A DNA stretch of 64,000 nt from Methanoregula sp. (GTDB lineage: Archaea > Halobacteriota > Methanomicrobia > Methanomicrobiales > Methanospirillaceae), in assembly GCA_039698055.1 (NCBI GenBank), contig JBDKTL010000024.1, forward strand, positions 59,733 to 123,732, written 5' to 3'. Shown here one piece after another: positions 1 through 9,207 of the stretch. How positions within the stretch are numbered: position 1 is the first letter of the stretch; each line of letters starts with the position of its first letter. A model generated the notes under the pieces. The model was not told the origin of the DNA. It did not search any database and worked only from the letters and a program-made list of their open reading frames with translations. The position numbers and the translations under genes were made by a program.

Positions 1-615
1 CAGGTGTGAGAACGCCGGCAGGTTGGATATTTTGATCCCGCCAATCGTTGTAGCAGACCAGAGCGGCACCATACTATCGCCATGTTCACCAATAATGCGC
101 GTGTGAACTTCACTTACATGCACTTTAAAATACGTCGCAATAAGGGATTTCAACCGCATCGAATCAAGATGCGTCCCCAGACCAAATACCTGGTTTGGTT
201 TTAAACCGGAATATTTCAGAGCGATACATGTCATCACATCGACCGGGTTAGTTACCATAATTATTTTGGTATCTGGTGCAACCGTGCCCAGTGTTTTAGC
301 AATCGGCGCGATAATCCTGGCATTGCCGAGTGCAAGATCGAGGCGATCCTGGCCAGGTTCCCGGGGAGTTCCTGCAGTAATTACCACAATCTCCGAGCCG
401 GCTGCATCTTTGAGGTTCGTTGTCCAATTTACACGTATATTGGTGCCCCGTGCGGCAAAAGAATCGATAAAATCCTGAGTAATACCTTTTAAGAGTGCTT
501 CGCGGCCTTCCCTTCCGTAGAGAAGGATCTCGTGCACATGCGGATTTGCAGAAATTGCATAAGCGGCAAACATGCCGACATTACCAGTTGCTCCGATAAT
601 GGTAACTTTTGACAT
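1..615 (-). CDS. mdh: Malate/lactate dehydrogenase family (malate dehydrogenase), 3' end runs off the window
   Basis: Manual translation from ATG at 615 gives MSKVTIIGATGNVG (Rossmann), VVITAGTPREPGQDRLDL, VTNPVD, LDSMRL and IIGEHGDSMVP, all LDH/MDH motifs. It is not in the ORF track because it is truncated. Confidence 0.9.
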   Translation of the reverse strand, partial: MSKVTIIGATGNVGMFAAYAISANPHVHEILLYGREGREALLKGITQDFIDSFAARGTNIRVNWTTNLKDAAGSEIVVITAGTPREPGQDRLDLALGNARIIAPIAKTLGTVAPDTKIIMVTNPVDVMTCIALKYSGLKPNQVFGLGTHLDSMRLKSLIATYFKVHVSEVHTRIIGEHGDSMVPLWSATTIGGIKISNLPAFSHL

Positions 616-626
616 GATATCATCAA

Positions 627-935
627 TGGGGACGTGTTATCGGTCGAATGTACGTTACTACTTTTGCCAAAGTATCCATCCTCCACCCCGTTACCCCATG
701 GGCGCCGGATGCCTACGGTAAGTCTGCTCCCTTCCGGGCCTGAACCGGTTCCCGTAGCAACAGGTCGCCATTCCCTCCGGAATTTTGATACCTGTCCATC
801 GACCTCATGGGACGAGGTTTCACCGTCAGAACACGCAAAGCTCCAGCAGGTCGTTGCAGCCTTCCTCAAACTTCGCCCCCCGCGTACCGACGGTTTCAGG
901 TTACAGGTGACGCCGAACCACCCGGGCTAGTCCCC
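627..935 (-). ncRNA. ffs: Archaeal SRP (7S) RNA
   Basis: Minus strand begins GGGGACTAG and ends GTCCCC (terminal helix). It has an Alu-domain CCTGTAACC motif and the helix-8 signature CAGGCCCGGAAGGGAGCAG, and is about 310 nt long. Confidence 0.93.
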
Positions 936-952
936 ATATACCTTTGTGCCCC

Positions 953-970
953 GGTCAATAAATGCTTTTT
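953..970 (-). promoter_or_regulatory. BRE/TATA promoter of SRP RNA
   Basis: Minus strand AAAAAGCATTTATTGA lies about 20-35 nt upstream of the SRP 5' end. Confidence 0.6.
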
Positions 971-1078
971 ATGATCCCCGGGAATCTATCCCCGGGAACA
1001 TTTGACATGATAACAATATTCCTAACAAGGAAAAGCAAAAAAAATCTGTATCAAATCTCTTTATAGATTTACAAGAGA

Positions 1079-2110
1079 TCAGGGAATAAAAGGATCCCCA
1101 CCGATACGATTCTGCCAGTTGCTGATGATATCTGAAACGGTGGAAGGTTTATTCTTTTCAAAAATATCAAGGGCTGTCACAGGCTCTGCGCCCTTTGGGA
1201 GGATATGACCCAGCAAGCGGAAATCCCCCTGGTAAACTTCAATAACCTGTTTTCCACTTGTTTCTGCAATTTTCACGGGCTCCCGTGTCACCGGGTGGCG
1301 TGCCATATCCTCCAGTTGTTCGAAAAGTCTCACCAGTTCGATAGTTAGGTACTGCCGGTTTACCTCAAGATTGAACGCAGACCAGAATGCGGACGCATAC
1401 CATGCATCATTCATGATAACATGTGGCACACCAAGGCACGCTGCAGCAAGACCAAGTGTCCCGGCTCCACAACAGGCGTCCACGAAGAGCGGTACCGGGG
1501 GCGTTCCCACATGCCGGGTAACGGACTGGATCTTCGGGTATCCTCCGCGCGGAAATTCAACATGTACCAGTGATTGTTGTTTGTAAACCACCAGCGGCCC
1601 GGTAACCAGTGGAAAAATATCTGCCCGCACGTCACACCCGGCGAGTAACTCATAAACCTTAGGGACGGCATCCGGATCAACGGTTGCCAGTCCGGGAATG
1701 AAAGGTGCAGTTTTTACGACACCCCGCACTTCGGGTACTTCTGCATGTATCCGCACCGCTGCCTTTTTTGATACCCGACCAGACATAAGGACAAGGGATT
1801 TCTTAGGGAGAAACGGAGGTTTATCCATCGCAAACCCGGGATGGATAAGAGGGGCCCCTACAGTAATGAGAGGATCAGAGGAGGTGAGATTTCCTTCTTC
1901 CTGCATGATGACGTACATATGGGCAAAAACATCATCGATAAACCGTTTTCCGCAGGAGCAGGGTTCGGCAATAACCGGATTTTTTAGGGGGACGCGTTTA
2001 TCAAGAACCCGTATACTGCACTCAGCACACGGAAGAAAGATAGTCGGCAGTGTTGAGAGAATGTCTGTTGCTGAGCGTACGCAGTCCATCCCGCACACCG
2101 GACATTTCAT
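1079..2110 (-). CDS. Uncharacterised class I SAM-dependent transferase with Cys-rich (Zn-binding) N-terminus
   Basis: CPVC, CAEC and CSCG at the N-terminus; FVDACCGAGTLG motif I; VIMND; VYQGDF. Confidence 0.7.
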   Translation of the reverse strand: MKCPVCGMDCVRSATDILSTLPTIFLPCAECSIRVLDKRVPLKNPVIAEPCSCGKRFIDDVFAHMYVIMQEEGNLTSSDPLITVGAPLIHPGFAMDKPPFLPKKSLVLMSGRVSKKAAVRIHAEVPEVRGVVKTAPFIPGLATVDPDAVPKVYELLAGCDVRADIFPLVTGPLVVYKQQSLVHVEFPRGGYPKIQSVTRHVGTPPVPLFVDACCGAGTLGLAAACLGVPHVIMNDAWYASAFWSAFNLEVNRQYLTIELVRLFEQLEDMARHPVTREPVKIAETSGKQVIEVYQGDFRLLGHILPKGAEPVTALDIFEKNKPSTVSDIISNWQNRIGGDPFIP

Positions 2111-2223
2111 TCTGCTTCCTAAGATGTTCCATAATAGATACTTTGTTAATTATTTTTTATGGGTATGATGAAAATCCTGTTTGGCGATAAAAAAACAAAA
2201 AATCAAATTTTAATAATCTAAAA

Positions 2224-2298
2224 TGGGCCTGATGCGATTCGAACGCATGACCGCCCGGTTATGAGCCGGGCGCTCTAACCGGACTGAGCTACAGGCCC
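2224..2298 (-). tRNA. tRNA-Ile2 (CAT anticodon, agmatidine type)
   Basis: Cloverleaf GGGCCTGTAGCTCAG...CCCGG-CTCATAA-CCGGG...GTTCGAATC...CAGGCCCA. The GGGCC acceptor stem matches archaeal Ile2 rather than initiator Met (A1-U72). Confidence 0.85.
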
Positions 2299-2303
2299 AA
2301 AAA

Positions 2304-2376
2304 CGCCGCCAACAGGGCTCGAACCTGTGACATTCGGATTAACAGTCCGACACTCTACCAACTGAGTTATGGCGGC
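2304..2376 (-). tRNA. tRNA-Asn (GTT)
   Basis: Cloverleaf GCCGCCA...TCGGA-CTGTTAA-TCCGA...GTTCGAGC...TGGCGGCG. It lies 5 nt upstream of tRNA-Ile2. Confidence 0.95.
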
Positions 2377-2506
2377 AAATTCCCTGTGCCTTAATAGATT
2401 CTTTGTGAGTCTTTTTAAAGGTAACCTATGGATGTGGCAGAGAACAAAGGACAAATGTGCTCTCCGCATCCAGGATGTTTTATACAAAATGCGGGTATGG
2501 GTCATA

Positions 2507-2791
2507 TCAGGATTTTTTCATCGCATCAAGGAGATTGATGAGATCATCAAGATCCTCGTTGAGATGTGCAAACAACTCCACCGTGCGTTTTGTTGCTACC
2601 GCACCATCCGTTGAAGCGCGGATATACCCCAGCTGCTCCAGCACATGAAGCGAGTACCGTATCCGGTGAGAGGGTAGATCAAGAAGCTCGGATAGTTTCA
2701 TGATCCCAATCGGCTGGTGTTCTGTCACAGCCCGTGCTACGTCAAGATGTCGGCTCAATAGTTCGATCTCCTCCTTCATCTTGTCAAGCAT
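2507..2791 (-). CDS. Winged-helix transcriptional regulator (conserved euryarchaeal)
   Basis: PIGIMKLSELLDLPSHRIRYSLHVLEQLGYI is a wHTH pattern. Confidence 0.75.
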   Translation of the reverse strand: MLDKMKEEIELLSRHLDVARAVTEHQPIGIMKLSELLDLPSHRIRYSLHVLEQLGYIRASTDGAVATKRTVELFAHLNEDLDDLINLLDAMKKS

Positions 2792-2813
2792 GATCTCTCA
2801 CCGAAGTCCGGCA

Positions 2814-3062
2814 TTACGTATTTTTAGATTTACTTCCATGCTCTTCAAGCCATGCTTTTACCGCGTAGTATTTTTCCCTGAAATTCCACGTAAGAACTGC
2901 TGCAAGGATCAGCATCACGACAATTGCGGCAATGCGATACGGATTTGGCATGAGAAAAAATGCGATGACCGAGAGGGCTACCAGCATAATGATGATGTTA
3001 AGCTGAACGGCGAGTCGGTAAAACGTCCACTTGAACTGGTTTTTGGCAGTATCATCCATCAC
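2814..3062 (-). CDS. Small membrane protein (2 TM)
   Basis: Two hydrophobic stretches; co-oriented with the wHTH gene. Confidence 0.65.
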   Translation of the reverse strand: MMDDTAKNQFKWTFYRLAVQLNIIIMLVALSVIAFFLMPNPYRIAAIVVMLILAAVLTWNFREKYYAVKAWLEEHGSKSKNT

Positions 3063-3118
3063 TCGTACCTCAACTTTGGAATAAAAGTACTTGACGTTTC
3101 ACGTACATATGATGATGA

Positions 3119-4246
3119 ATGGATGCACTTGACGCTGCGATAAAAAAATGCGGTGCGGATGCGTTTGTCCTTTACGCCTCATCAGATGAGGCTGATATGC
3201 GCTATCTCACCCGGGTAATTATGCATGATCCGTTCGTCTTTTTCAAACGGGTAAAGCAGCCCGCGACCATTATCACCTCTCAGATGGAGGCCGAGCGCGC
3301 CTCCCACGAATCACCGGTTGCGGTCATAACAAGAACACAGGCAGGTCTTCTGGATATTATCAAAAAGGAAAAAAATCCATGGAGAGCAACAGCACACATG
3401 ATCGCGGGGCAGACCGGGAAAAAAATACTGGTATCACCGACATTTCCCGCGGCGCTTGTCCGTGCGCTTGAAGAAATAGCCACCGTTTTTGTTGATGACG
3501 GCACGATAGAAAAGATGCGGGCAATAAAAACAAAAGACGAGATCCATTTGATAAAAAACGTTCAGAAAAACACGGAACGCGCGATGGCACTGGGCGTCAC
3601 CCTTATCCGTAAGGCACAGGTCAAAAAAGGCATTCTTTACCGGGATGGCAAACCTCTCACTTCAGAATCCGTGAGAACGGCGATGCAAACACAACTCATG
3701 GGCGCCGGGTGCCGGGCCGCCGAGACAATTGTATCCTGCGGCATGGATACGGCACTTCCCCATGTAATCGGTACCGGACACCTTCTGGCAAATGAACCAA
3801 TCGTCATCGATATGTTCCCCAAAGATGAAGGGACTGGGTATTTTGCCGACATGACACGTACAGTTTCGAAAGGAGCACCGGACCAGAAGCTTATTGAGAT
3901 GTACGCGGCAGTCCGGGATGCACAGGCACTGGCGATCTCCCGAATCCATGCGGGCGTGCCCGGTTCAGAGATCCACCAGTCTGTTGTAGACCTGTTCAAA
4001 GACAGGGGATACGAGAGCAACACGACAGGATTTGTCCACAATCTCGGGCACGGCGTCGGGCTGCAGGTCCATGAACTCCCCACAGTCGGCCTGACTGGGC
4101 CCACTCTCAAAGCGGGTCACGTCATTACCGTCGAACCCGGACTCTATTATCCCGGAATTGGGGGCGTCCGGCTTGAAGATATGGGTGCAGTTACCGCAAG
4201 AGGATTCTCCAATTTCACCACGTTTCCCGAGGAATTAATTATATGA
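3119..4246 (+). CDS. pepQ: Xaa-Pro aminopeptidase/prolidase (M24B)
   Basis: GYFADMTRT, HNLGHGVGLQVHE, TVEPGLY and GVRLED motifs. Confidence 0.9.
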   Translation: MDALDAAIKKCGADAFVLYASSDEADMRYLTRVIMHDPFVFFKRVKQPATIITSQMEAERASHESPVAVITRTQAGLLDIIKKEKNPWRATAHMIAGQTGKKILVSPTFPAALVRALEEIATVFVDDGTIEKMRAIKTKDEIHLIKNVQKNTERAMALGVTLIRKAQVKKGILYRDGKPLTSESVRTAMQTQLMGAGCRAAETIVSCGMDTALPHVIGTGHLLANEPIVIDMFPKDEGTGYFADMTRTVSKGAPDQKLIEMYAAVRDAQALAISRIHAGVPGSEIHQSVVDLFKDRGYESNTTGFVHNLGHGVGLQVHELPTVGLTGPTLKAGHVITVEPGLYYPGIGGVRLEDMGAVTARGFSNFTTFPEELII

Positions 4247-5118
4247 ATGAAGATATCTTTGAAAAATACCGTGCGGCAGGCATACTTGCAGCAAAAATTC
4301 TTAAATTTGGCGCACAGGAAATCCGCGTTGGCGTCTCCTATCTTGAATTTGTTGAATCTATAGAAACCCGGGTAAAAGAGGAGGGCGCGGATCTTGCATT
4401 CCCGCTGAATGTGTCACTGAATGAAGATGCAGCGCACGATACTGCATCTACCGGGGATACACGGGTTTTTTCCAGAGGCGATGTCGTAAAACTCGATCTT
4501 GGTGTTCAGATAGACGGGTACATCGCTGATACGGCAACCACCGTGGACCTTGGCAACAATACAAATCTCATCGAAGCATCCCGCCAGGCGCTGGATGCCG
4601 CAATAAAAAAAGTCAGACCCGGCGTTACCGCGGGGGAACTGGGTGCGGCAATCCAGTGTGGGATTGTGAGTCGGGGGTACCGCCCTGTCTCAAACCTCAC
4701 GGGTCATGGACTGGACCAGTTCGTCGTCCACAAACCACCAACCATCCCCAATATTGCAATAAATGGTGGGGTGATCATTGAGGAGGGAATGGTCTTTGCG
4801 ATCGAGCCGTTCGCAACCACCGGAAGCGGGCATGTCAATGAGAAAAGTCGGATGGAGATCTACTCGCAAATTGCGCATAAACCTGTCAGAATCCCGTCTG
4901 CCCGGGCAGTCATCGAGAATATTCAGGATCGCAGGGGATTACCCTTTGCCCGCCGCTGGCTCATGGACAAAAAAATGGATTTCGCACTTGCCGGATTGGT
5001 CCGGGCTCAGGTGCTGACAGTCTACCCGGTATTATCGGATATTGCAGGTTCTCTTGTGTCACAACATGAGCATACGATGATCGTGACTGAAGATGGCTGC
5101 ATCGTGACCACCCGCTGA
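4243..5118 (+). CDS. map: Type II methionine aminopeptidase
   Basis: DVVKLDLGVQIDGYIADTA, NLTGHG, AIEPFAT and SQHEHT motifs. Confidence 0.95.
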   Translation: MNEDIFEKYRAAGILAAKILKFGAQEIRVGVSYLEFVESIETRVKEEGADLAFPLNVSLNEDAAHDTASTGDTRVFSRGDVVKLDLGVQIDGYIADTATTVDLGNNTNLIEASRQALDAAIKKVRPGVTAGELGAAIQCGIVSRGYRPVSNLTGHGLDQFVVHKPPTIPNIAINGGVIIEEGMVFAIEPFATTGSGHVNEKSRMEIYSQIAHKPVRIPSARAVIENIQDRRGLPFARRWLMDKKMDFALAGLVRAQVLTVYPVLSDIAGSLVSQHEHTMIVTEDGCIVTTR

Positions 5119-5162
5119 GATAATTATATTCATCTTTGCGACGAATTGTAAAGGTTATAGCC

Positions 5163-6437
5163 ATGTCTGGTGATTCTGATAGCCTTCAAATAATGGAAAT
5201 CCTTCTGACTGCTGAAATATTCAATCAGAACCCGGAGCTCGATATTAATGATCTGACACCTGCGTGTCGGGAAATATTCTGCTCGGCCGGGGCAAAAGAC
5301 GTCAAACGACCAGTCTTTGTGAGCGACGGACTGATCAAACGTTCCCTGAATATTGCAGATGCACACCTGAAAGTTTCCACCAATCCGTTTGTTGCGTATG
5401 AGGATTTTGGACAGCGTCTCCGGATCACCACGCTGACACCAGCTTCAGAGTGGTTTCTCAATCGGGGGGGCAGGGAATATATCGAAAAAAATCCGACTCT
5501 TGCATTTTTCTTTGAGGGTGTGGATTCAACGGGCATTACCTATGACGCCGTCCGTCGTCTCAATCCGCCCTATGAAGATACCAAAGCATTCCTTGACGCA
5601 AAAATTTCCAAGCTCATCAGCGAAGATGAAAAACTGCGCGGCGCTCTTGACCTTGTGATTGTCAGTTCTCCCGAAGAAGTGGATCAGCAGATGGAGGATC
5701 TCATCTGCACTGCAGAGCAGACCGCCATTATTGGCAAGATCCATCATGCACTTCACCACCGGGAATTTTTAAACACTCACAAGATATTCGAAGTGGGAAA
5801 ACTCCTTTTTGTCGGACCGCCCGGGACGGGGAAAACATCTCTTGCCCTCGCAATGTCGCATTCCATGCACATGCCAATTCTTGAAGTGCGATTATCGATG
5901 ATCACCTCTCAGTACCTCGGTGAAACCTCAAAAAACATCGATAAAATCTTTGATTTGGCCAAGAGTCTCTCCCCGGCAATTCTCTTCATCGATGAATTTG
6001 ATTTCGTCGCGAAAAGCCGGGTTGGCGATGATCATGGGGCAATGAAACGAGCCGTCAATGCGCTCCTGAAAAATATCGATAAGATCAGCCTGATTAAAAA
6101 CGGTGTGATTTTGATCGCAGCGACTAACCACCCCCAGCTTCTTGATGAAGCTGCGTGGCGGCGATTCGACGAAGTGGTCGAATTCTCCCTGCCAAATGAA
6201 GAGATGCGAAAAGAGATCTTAAGAAAAGTTACCTCTTTGATGAAATGCACATGCGATTTCCAGGAACTTGCCGCGCAGACAGAGGGTTTTTCGGGTGCAG
6301 ATATCCGGCTCACCATTAAAGAGGCGTTGCTCTCCGCACTCATCGACAAGCGCGAGACCATCGAGCGCATTGATATTGACAAAGGCATCCGCATGGTTCG
6401 AAACCGTGAAGCAATCCGTAACCTGAACTGGTTGTAG
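5163..6437 (+). CDS. AAA+ ATPase (single module, N-terminal extension)
   Basis: Walker A GPPGTGKT, Walker B ILFIDEFD, and SRH ATNHPQLLDEAAWRRF. Start placed at the first ATG. Confidence 0.9.
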   Translation: MSGDSDSLQIMEILLTAEIFNQNPELDINDLTPACREIFCSAGAKDVKRPVFVSDGLIKRSLNIADAHLKVSTNPFVAYEDFGQRLRITTLTPASEWFLNRGGREYIEKNPTLAFFFEGVDSTGITYDAVRRLNPPYEDTKAFLDAKISKLISEDEKLRGALDLVIVSSPEEVDQQMEDLICTAEQTAIIGKIHHALHHREFLNTHKIFEVGKLLFVGPPGTGKTSLALAMSHSMHMPILEVRLSMITSQYLGETSKNIDKIFDLAKSLSPAILFIDEFDFVAKSRVGDDHGAMKRAVNALLKNIDKISLIKNGVILIAATNHPQLLDEAAWRRFDEVVEFSLPNEEMRKEILRKVTSLMKCTCDFQELAAQTEGFSGADIRLTIKEALLSALIDKRETIERIDIDKGIRMVRNREAIRNLNWL

Positions 6438-6438
6438 G

Positions 6439-7161
6439 ATGAAACTCACGCTGCTTGGAACCGGGGATGCAATCGGGACACCCAAGGTGGGGTGCGACTG
6501 CCCCCAGTGCGCCCGTGCCAAAAAAACCGGTGTAACACGGTTGCGCACATCCCTTCTTCTCGAAAATGAGGGGCGGCATATCCTGATCGATACTTCTCCC
6601 GATCTCCGCCAGCAACTGCTCCGCCATGGTTCACCGCATATCGATGCCGTTATCTGGACTCATGGACACTACGATCATTTTACCGGATTTGGCGAGTTCT
6701 ATCGTGTGCAAAACATCCCCCCGGTATTTGCAGCAGCCCCGGTGCTGAACTATTGTGCAGAGGCGTTCCGGTTTCTGTCCTTTGAAAAATTTACCGTAGA
6801 ACCCTACCAGCCGTTTGAGCTTTTTGGAGTTTCCATCACTCCGTTTCTCGTCCGACACCCCCCCGCGTTTACAACAGGGTTCGTGTTTGAATCCGGGGGT
6901 GCTCGTATTGGGTTTACCTCTGATACTAATGCTGATATTCCGGAGAGCAGTCTTGACCTGCTTAAAAATTGCGATCTGTTGCTCCTCGATGCACTTGTCC
7001 CTTCATCAACCCACGTCTATAAACACATGAACTATCTTGAGGCATGTACCCTTGCCGAACGACTCAAACCAAAAGAATACCGGTGCACCCATATCAGTCA
7101 TCTGATGCCATGGGAATACCCGCACCTCTCAAGCGACGGGGATGTTTTTGAATTCCCGTAA
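6439..7161 (+). CDS. MBL-fold phosphodiesterase, PhnP-like
   Basis: CDCPQC Zn site, THGHYDH, HMNY and THISH motifs. Confidence 0.85.
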   Translation: MKLTLLGTGDAIGTPKVGCDCPQCARAKKTGVTRLRTSLLLENEGRHILIDTSPDLRQQLLRHGSPHIDAVIWTHGHYDHFTGFGEFYRVQNIPPVFAAAPVLNYCAEAFRFLSFEKFTVEPYQPFELFGVSITPFLVRHPPAFTTGFVFESGGARIGFTSDTNADIPESSLDLLKNCDLLLLDALVPSSTHVYKHMNYLEACTLAERLKPKEYRCTHISHLMPWEYPHLSSDGDVFEFP

Positions 7162-7253
7162 GAAAAAATCACATCTTTTAATGAGGGCAGATGTTCTTAC
7201 ATGGTGATTTCTACCCATACTTTAATAGTTTACAGGTGCCCAAACATAGGTGC

Positions 7254-7526
7254 ATGATTGTAAAAGTACTTGAGCTCGAAAAAGACAAGGCACGAATTGT
7301 CATCCAAGGAGAGGGTCACACATTTATGAACGCCCTTGTCGATGAGATCGTGAGTGATCCTGATGTAGATGTCGCAAAATACGTTATCGAGTTCCAATTC
7401 TCAGATCCTGAATTGCTCGTTACAACAAAAGGCAAGAAAAATCCGCTCACTGTCATCAAAAAGGCATGCAAACGGATTTCTGGGCATTGCGACGAGCTCT
7501 TGAAAGGTCTTTCAAAACGTAAGTAA
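7254..7526 (+). CDS. rpoL: RNA polymerase subunit Rpo11 (L)
   Basis: IQGEGHTFMNAL...DVAKY...SDPEL motif; ATG at 7254. Confidence 0.9.
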   Translation: MIVKVLELEKDKARIVIQGEGHTFMNALVDEIVSDPDVDVAKYVIEFQFSDPELLVTTKGKKNPLTVIKKACKRISGHCDELLKGLSKRK

Positions 7527-7789
7527 CTCTTTTTTACCAATATCTTTTTGATCGTTTTTTTGTTTTCATCTGTTAATAGAATTAAACGTGGAAAAATCTG
7601 CCCGTTACGAGTGTTCACTATCGTCATAATGGAGTATGCCCCCCATACACACAAAAACAGGATCCGGGGAATGAGTGGTGTGTTGAAGCAGAGGGGAGTG
7701 TAAAAGAGTTTACCCAAGTAGAGACGGTTAGACAACGATTAAAAAAAGGATTTGCGGAGATCTACCCAGATCCGGTGCCCAAAATTAGA

Positions 7790-8407
7790 TTATTCTGTGG
7801 CTCGTTCGGTAAAGACAATTGAACCGGAGATGCGGGAGATCTTGATTTTCACACTCTGTCCCGGTTTTGCGTTTGCCACGTACATGATGTAACGACCCAT
7901 CTTTACCACACCATCGCCACGTTTGGAGATCGACTGGATCTCAACATCCATAACCTGACCTTCCTCAAGTGTTTCAGATACCGGTTCGCTGCGGACTTTT
8001 CGCTTCCGGACCGGACGGTGCCCACCACAGGCATCGCAGCGCAGGAGAAGGATCCGGTCATCCTTGACAAGGCGTGTATCTGGTTTCCCGCATTCAGAGC
8101 AGATGACATAATCATCAACATAACTTTTAATGATCATCTTCACGAGCGAGATCTCAAATTTACCGTTGAAAATTGCACGGTTGCCATCGATTTTACCCGA
8201 TGTTCCCATCTCACCGAGCATATATTTCATCATGTGATCTTTATCGCGGCGGACAGTGTCAGCGATCTCGGTAAAATTCTCTAATATGGTCGTTTTACCT
8301 TCGATATACGCTTTCACCTCGGGAACGACAAAACGTTCAGATGACTCCGTCTTCTCGGAGATATGGGAATACGCACTTTTTAAGAGATCTTCATACGGGT
8401 CCGTCAT
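7790..8407 (-). CDS. eif2b: Translation initiation factor aIF-2 beta with C-terminal TRAM domain
   Basis: [12 protein letters not shown]...CDACG Zn ribbon followed by a TRAM domain (GDGVVK...PGQSVKIKI). Confidence 0.93.
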   Translation of the reverse strand: MTDPYEDLLKSAYSHISEKTESSERFVVPEVKAYIEGKTTILENFTEIADTVRRDKDHMMKYMLGEMGTSGKIDGNRAIFNGKFEISLVKMIIKSYVDDYVICSECGKPDTRLVKDDRILLLRCDACGGHRPVRKRKVRSEPVSETLEEGQVMDVEIQSISKRGDGVVKMGRYIMYVANAKPGQSVKIKISRISGSIVFTERATE

Positions 8408-8667
8408 AATTGTATAATATAAATGCGCCGCCGATGTAAAAAGGGTTTCCCAGCACCATTTTGCTATCCCCCCATACCGGCCTGATTCCCAGTGGTGTTT
8501 AAAATATGAACCAACATAACAGGGACAGGCATATACTATTAGCGAGTGTAAGAAATATGCTCCACGAGCGCTCTTACCAATCCGTTGCAGGGATCAAAGA
8601 CGGAGGTGCATATCTCCGTCAGTTTAAACAAATTATATATTGTTGTTGAGATGGCAGTTCACGAGTA

Positions 8668-9156
8668 TCACGCGGAATCTTTTGCAGCCTGAATAAGTTT
8701 ACGGAGCTCTCCATTCTTCTTGTCGTTTTCGATATCTTTCTGATGGATTGCAACTGCACCGCAAAATTTCATGTCCCGTGCCTCAATCCATTTTTTTAAA
8801 ATCTCTTCTGTGTCCCCCGGACGACCCCCATGTGTGCAGTACGCTACGGCGCTCTTGCCTCCGCACCCCTTGACCGAAGCAATCGCGGCGTGGATTGCCG
8901 GTGTCGGCTTGAATGCCCAGACCGGCGACCCGAACACAAGAATATCATAACCGGATACATCAATCGATGCAGGCTCAATGGGAACCGTCTCCTCGTTTCG
9001 CGCCCGCTTGCACCGCACAAGGAAACGGGTCAGCGCGGAGTATGCGGCGCGATCGTATACCTCAACCAGATGACAATCGACTACCGATGACATGTGTTGC
9101 GCGATATGACGCGTGTTCCCGGTTTCGCTATGGTAAATGATGCAGACTTTCATCAT
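8668..9156 (-). CDS. Flavodoxin family protein
   Basis: IIYHSETGNT, FGSPVW and CTHGG motifs. Confidence 0.85.
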   Translation of the reverse strand: MMKVCIIYHSETGNTRHIAQHMSSVVDCHLVEVYDRAAYSALTRFLVRCKRARNEETVPIEPASIDVSGYDILVFGSPVWAFKPTPAIHAAIASVKGCGGKSAVAYCTHGGRPGDTEEILKKWIEARDMKFCGAVAIHQKDIENDKKNGELRKLIQAAKDSA

Positions 9157-9207
9157 GATAGTGTGAGAACTGCACCATAAAAAGGTATCAAAAGAAAAAG
9201 TAGATGA

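Noticed and set aside
489-930. ORFs 489-869(-) and 634-930(+)
   Set aside because: They overlap the SRP RNA and the mdh start and have no protein motifs.
627-935. RNase P RNA as the identity of the structured RNA
   Set aside because: It lacks GAGGAAAGUCC and has the SRP helix-8 motif instead.
2224-2298. tRNA-Met assignment
   Set aside because: The G1-C72 GGGCC acceptor stem fits archaeal Ile2, not the initiator. Elongator Met is less likely but not formally excluded.
7316-7735. Minus-strand 139-aa ORF, and CCCCCCATAC repeated at 7639 and 8468
   Set aside because: The ORF is antisense to rpoL with no motif. A 10-bp low-complexity repeat flanking an essential gene is probably chance.
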